From NCBI GenBank assembly GCA_973895155.1, contig OZ316897.1:5841327-5905326 (forward strand): 64,000 nucleotides of DNA, written 5' to 3'. Below the pieces are notes generated by a model. The model saw nothing but the letters and a program-made list of their open reading frames with translations, ran no database searches and had not been told where the DNA came from. The translations under genes and the position numbers were made by a program. Source of the DNA: Marsupella aquatica. Taxonomy: Eukaryota; Plantae; Marchantiophyta. Shown here one piece after another: positions 63,301-64,000 of this stretch. Numbering within the stretch: the first letter of the stretch is position 1; every line of letters begins with the position of its first letter.

Positions 63301-64000
63301 ACGAATCTCTGCTAGACCAAGTCCAACTCCTCAAGACGGACAACGACAGACTTCATAGGCAACGGGATGGTCGCTCCCACTCGGACGGCTCTGGCATTAG
63401 CGGAGGGTTAGGCTTAGAATAGAACTAGGAGTAGCTAAAACATGCTGTTAGGACAAGCGCCGGCCAGAAGATAGCGGCGCTGACACATTAGCTAGCCTGT
63501 GTAGAATAGGTTAGACTAATAGGACAAGCCATAATCAGCTTAGCAAGGATATAAGTTAGCGTAGATTTGGGCACGAGGCCAGGCTGGTCCTCAGCCCTTA
63601 GTATTTAGCAGCCCCCCGATAGAGGCAAGGGGGGGGGATTTTAGACTCAGAAGTTGGCCATTCGCGGTACGTGTGGGGAGTCCCGGACTCGGTGAAGTAC
63701 CGGAGTGCCAAGGGGAGGGTATATGACTAAGCTTGTTGGGCAAGTGCGGAGCCGAGCTTGGTTGTAGTGTATACTCCTCGGCCTTGGGCCCGTTCTTTCA
63801 CGAGGTGTCGGGTCAACCAATCGTAAGTGTATGATCATAAATGAATGAAATCCTTTTCCCTCAATTGCTTCGTGTAAATCGAGATTTATGTTTATGTGTA
63901 AATGCATGTATGAGTCTCGTGTGCAAGTATCAATGTCAGGCCGAACACGTTATGCCAAGCATGCACGGGGTGCAGGTTACGGATACGGGGTTGCGAGCCG
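60319..64000 (+). mobile_element. Second copy of family B giant LTR (runs off window end)
   Basis: Begins TGTGACGCTGCCGGTACGG, like 14967 on the - strand. Colinear homology through TATA, ORF and 3' region. Confidence 0.9.
60792..63422 (+). pseudogene. Disrupted copy of the 882-aa LTR-encoded protein
   Basis: ORFs 60792-61490, 61581-62198, 62235-63206 and 63213-63422 align with the 882-aa protein, with frameshifts and CGA>TGA / CAG>TAG stops. Confidence 0.9.

Overview
Repeat-dominated eukaryotic (land-plant-like; a bryophyte origin is my inference, not shown) nuclear DNA. It holds a small island of two convergent spliced host genes: a UBP24-like deubiquitinase (43111-47261, +) and a TTC33-like TPR gene (51331-53135, -). 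Around them are nested Ty3/Gypsy, Ty1/Copia and L1-clade LINE retroelements plus several MITEs. The main observation is two different Athila/Phygy-like Ty3/Gypsy families in which the segment between the element 5' terminus (TG) and the tRNA-Asn primer-binding site, i.e. the LTR, is very long (about 3.0 kb and 4.0 kb) and contains a large sense-strand ORF. In family B this ORF is an intact 882-aa protein with its own TATA box, a central domain resembling plant-mobile/Athila accessory domains, and a C-terminal coiled coil. A second, diverged copy of the same LTR (60319 to window end) starts at the same terminal nucleotide. In a manually aligned block it differs almost only at synonymous sites, which points to a functional gene carried inside the LTR. 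Other observations: an FCP1/HAD phosphatase-like ORF split by a LINE stack, a three-level LINE>Copia>solo-LTR nest with TSDs, a possible Sola-type MITE, an overlapping uORF and a possible duplication-born micro-exon in UBP24.
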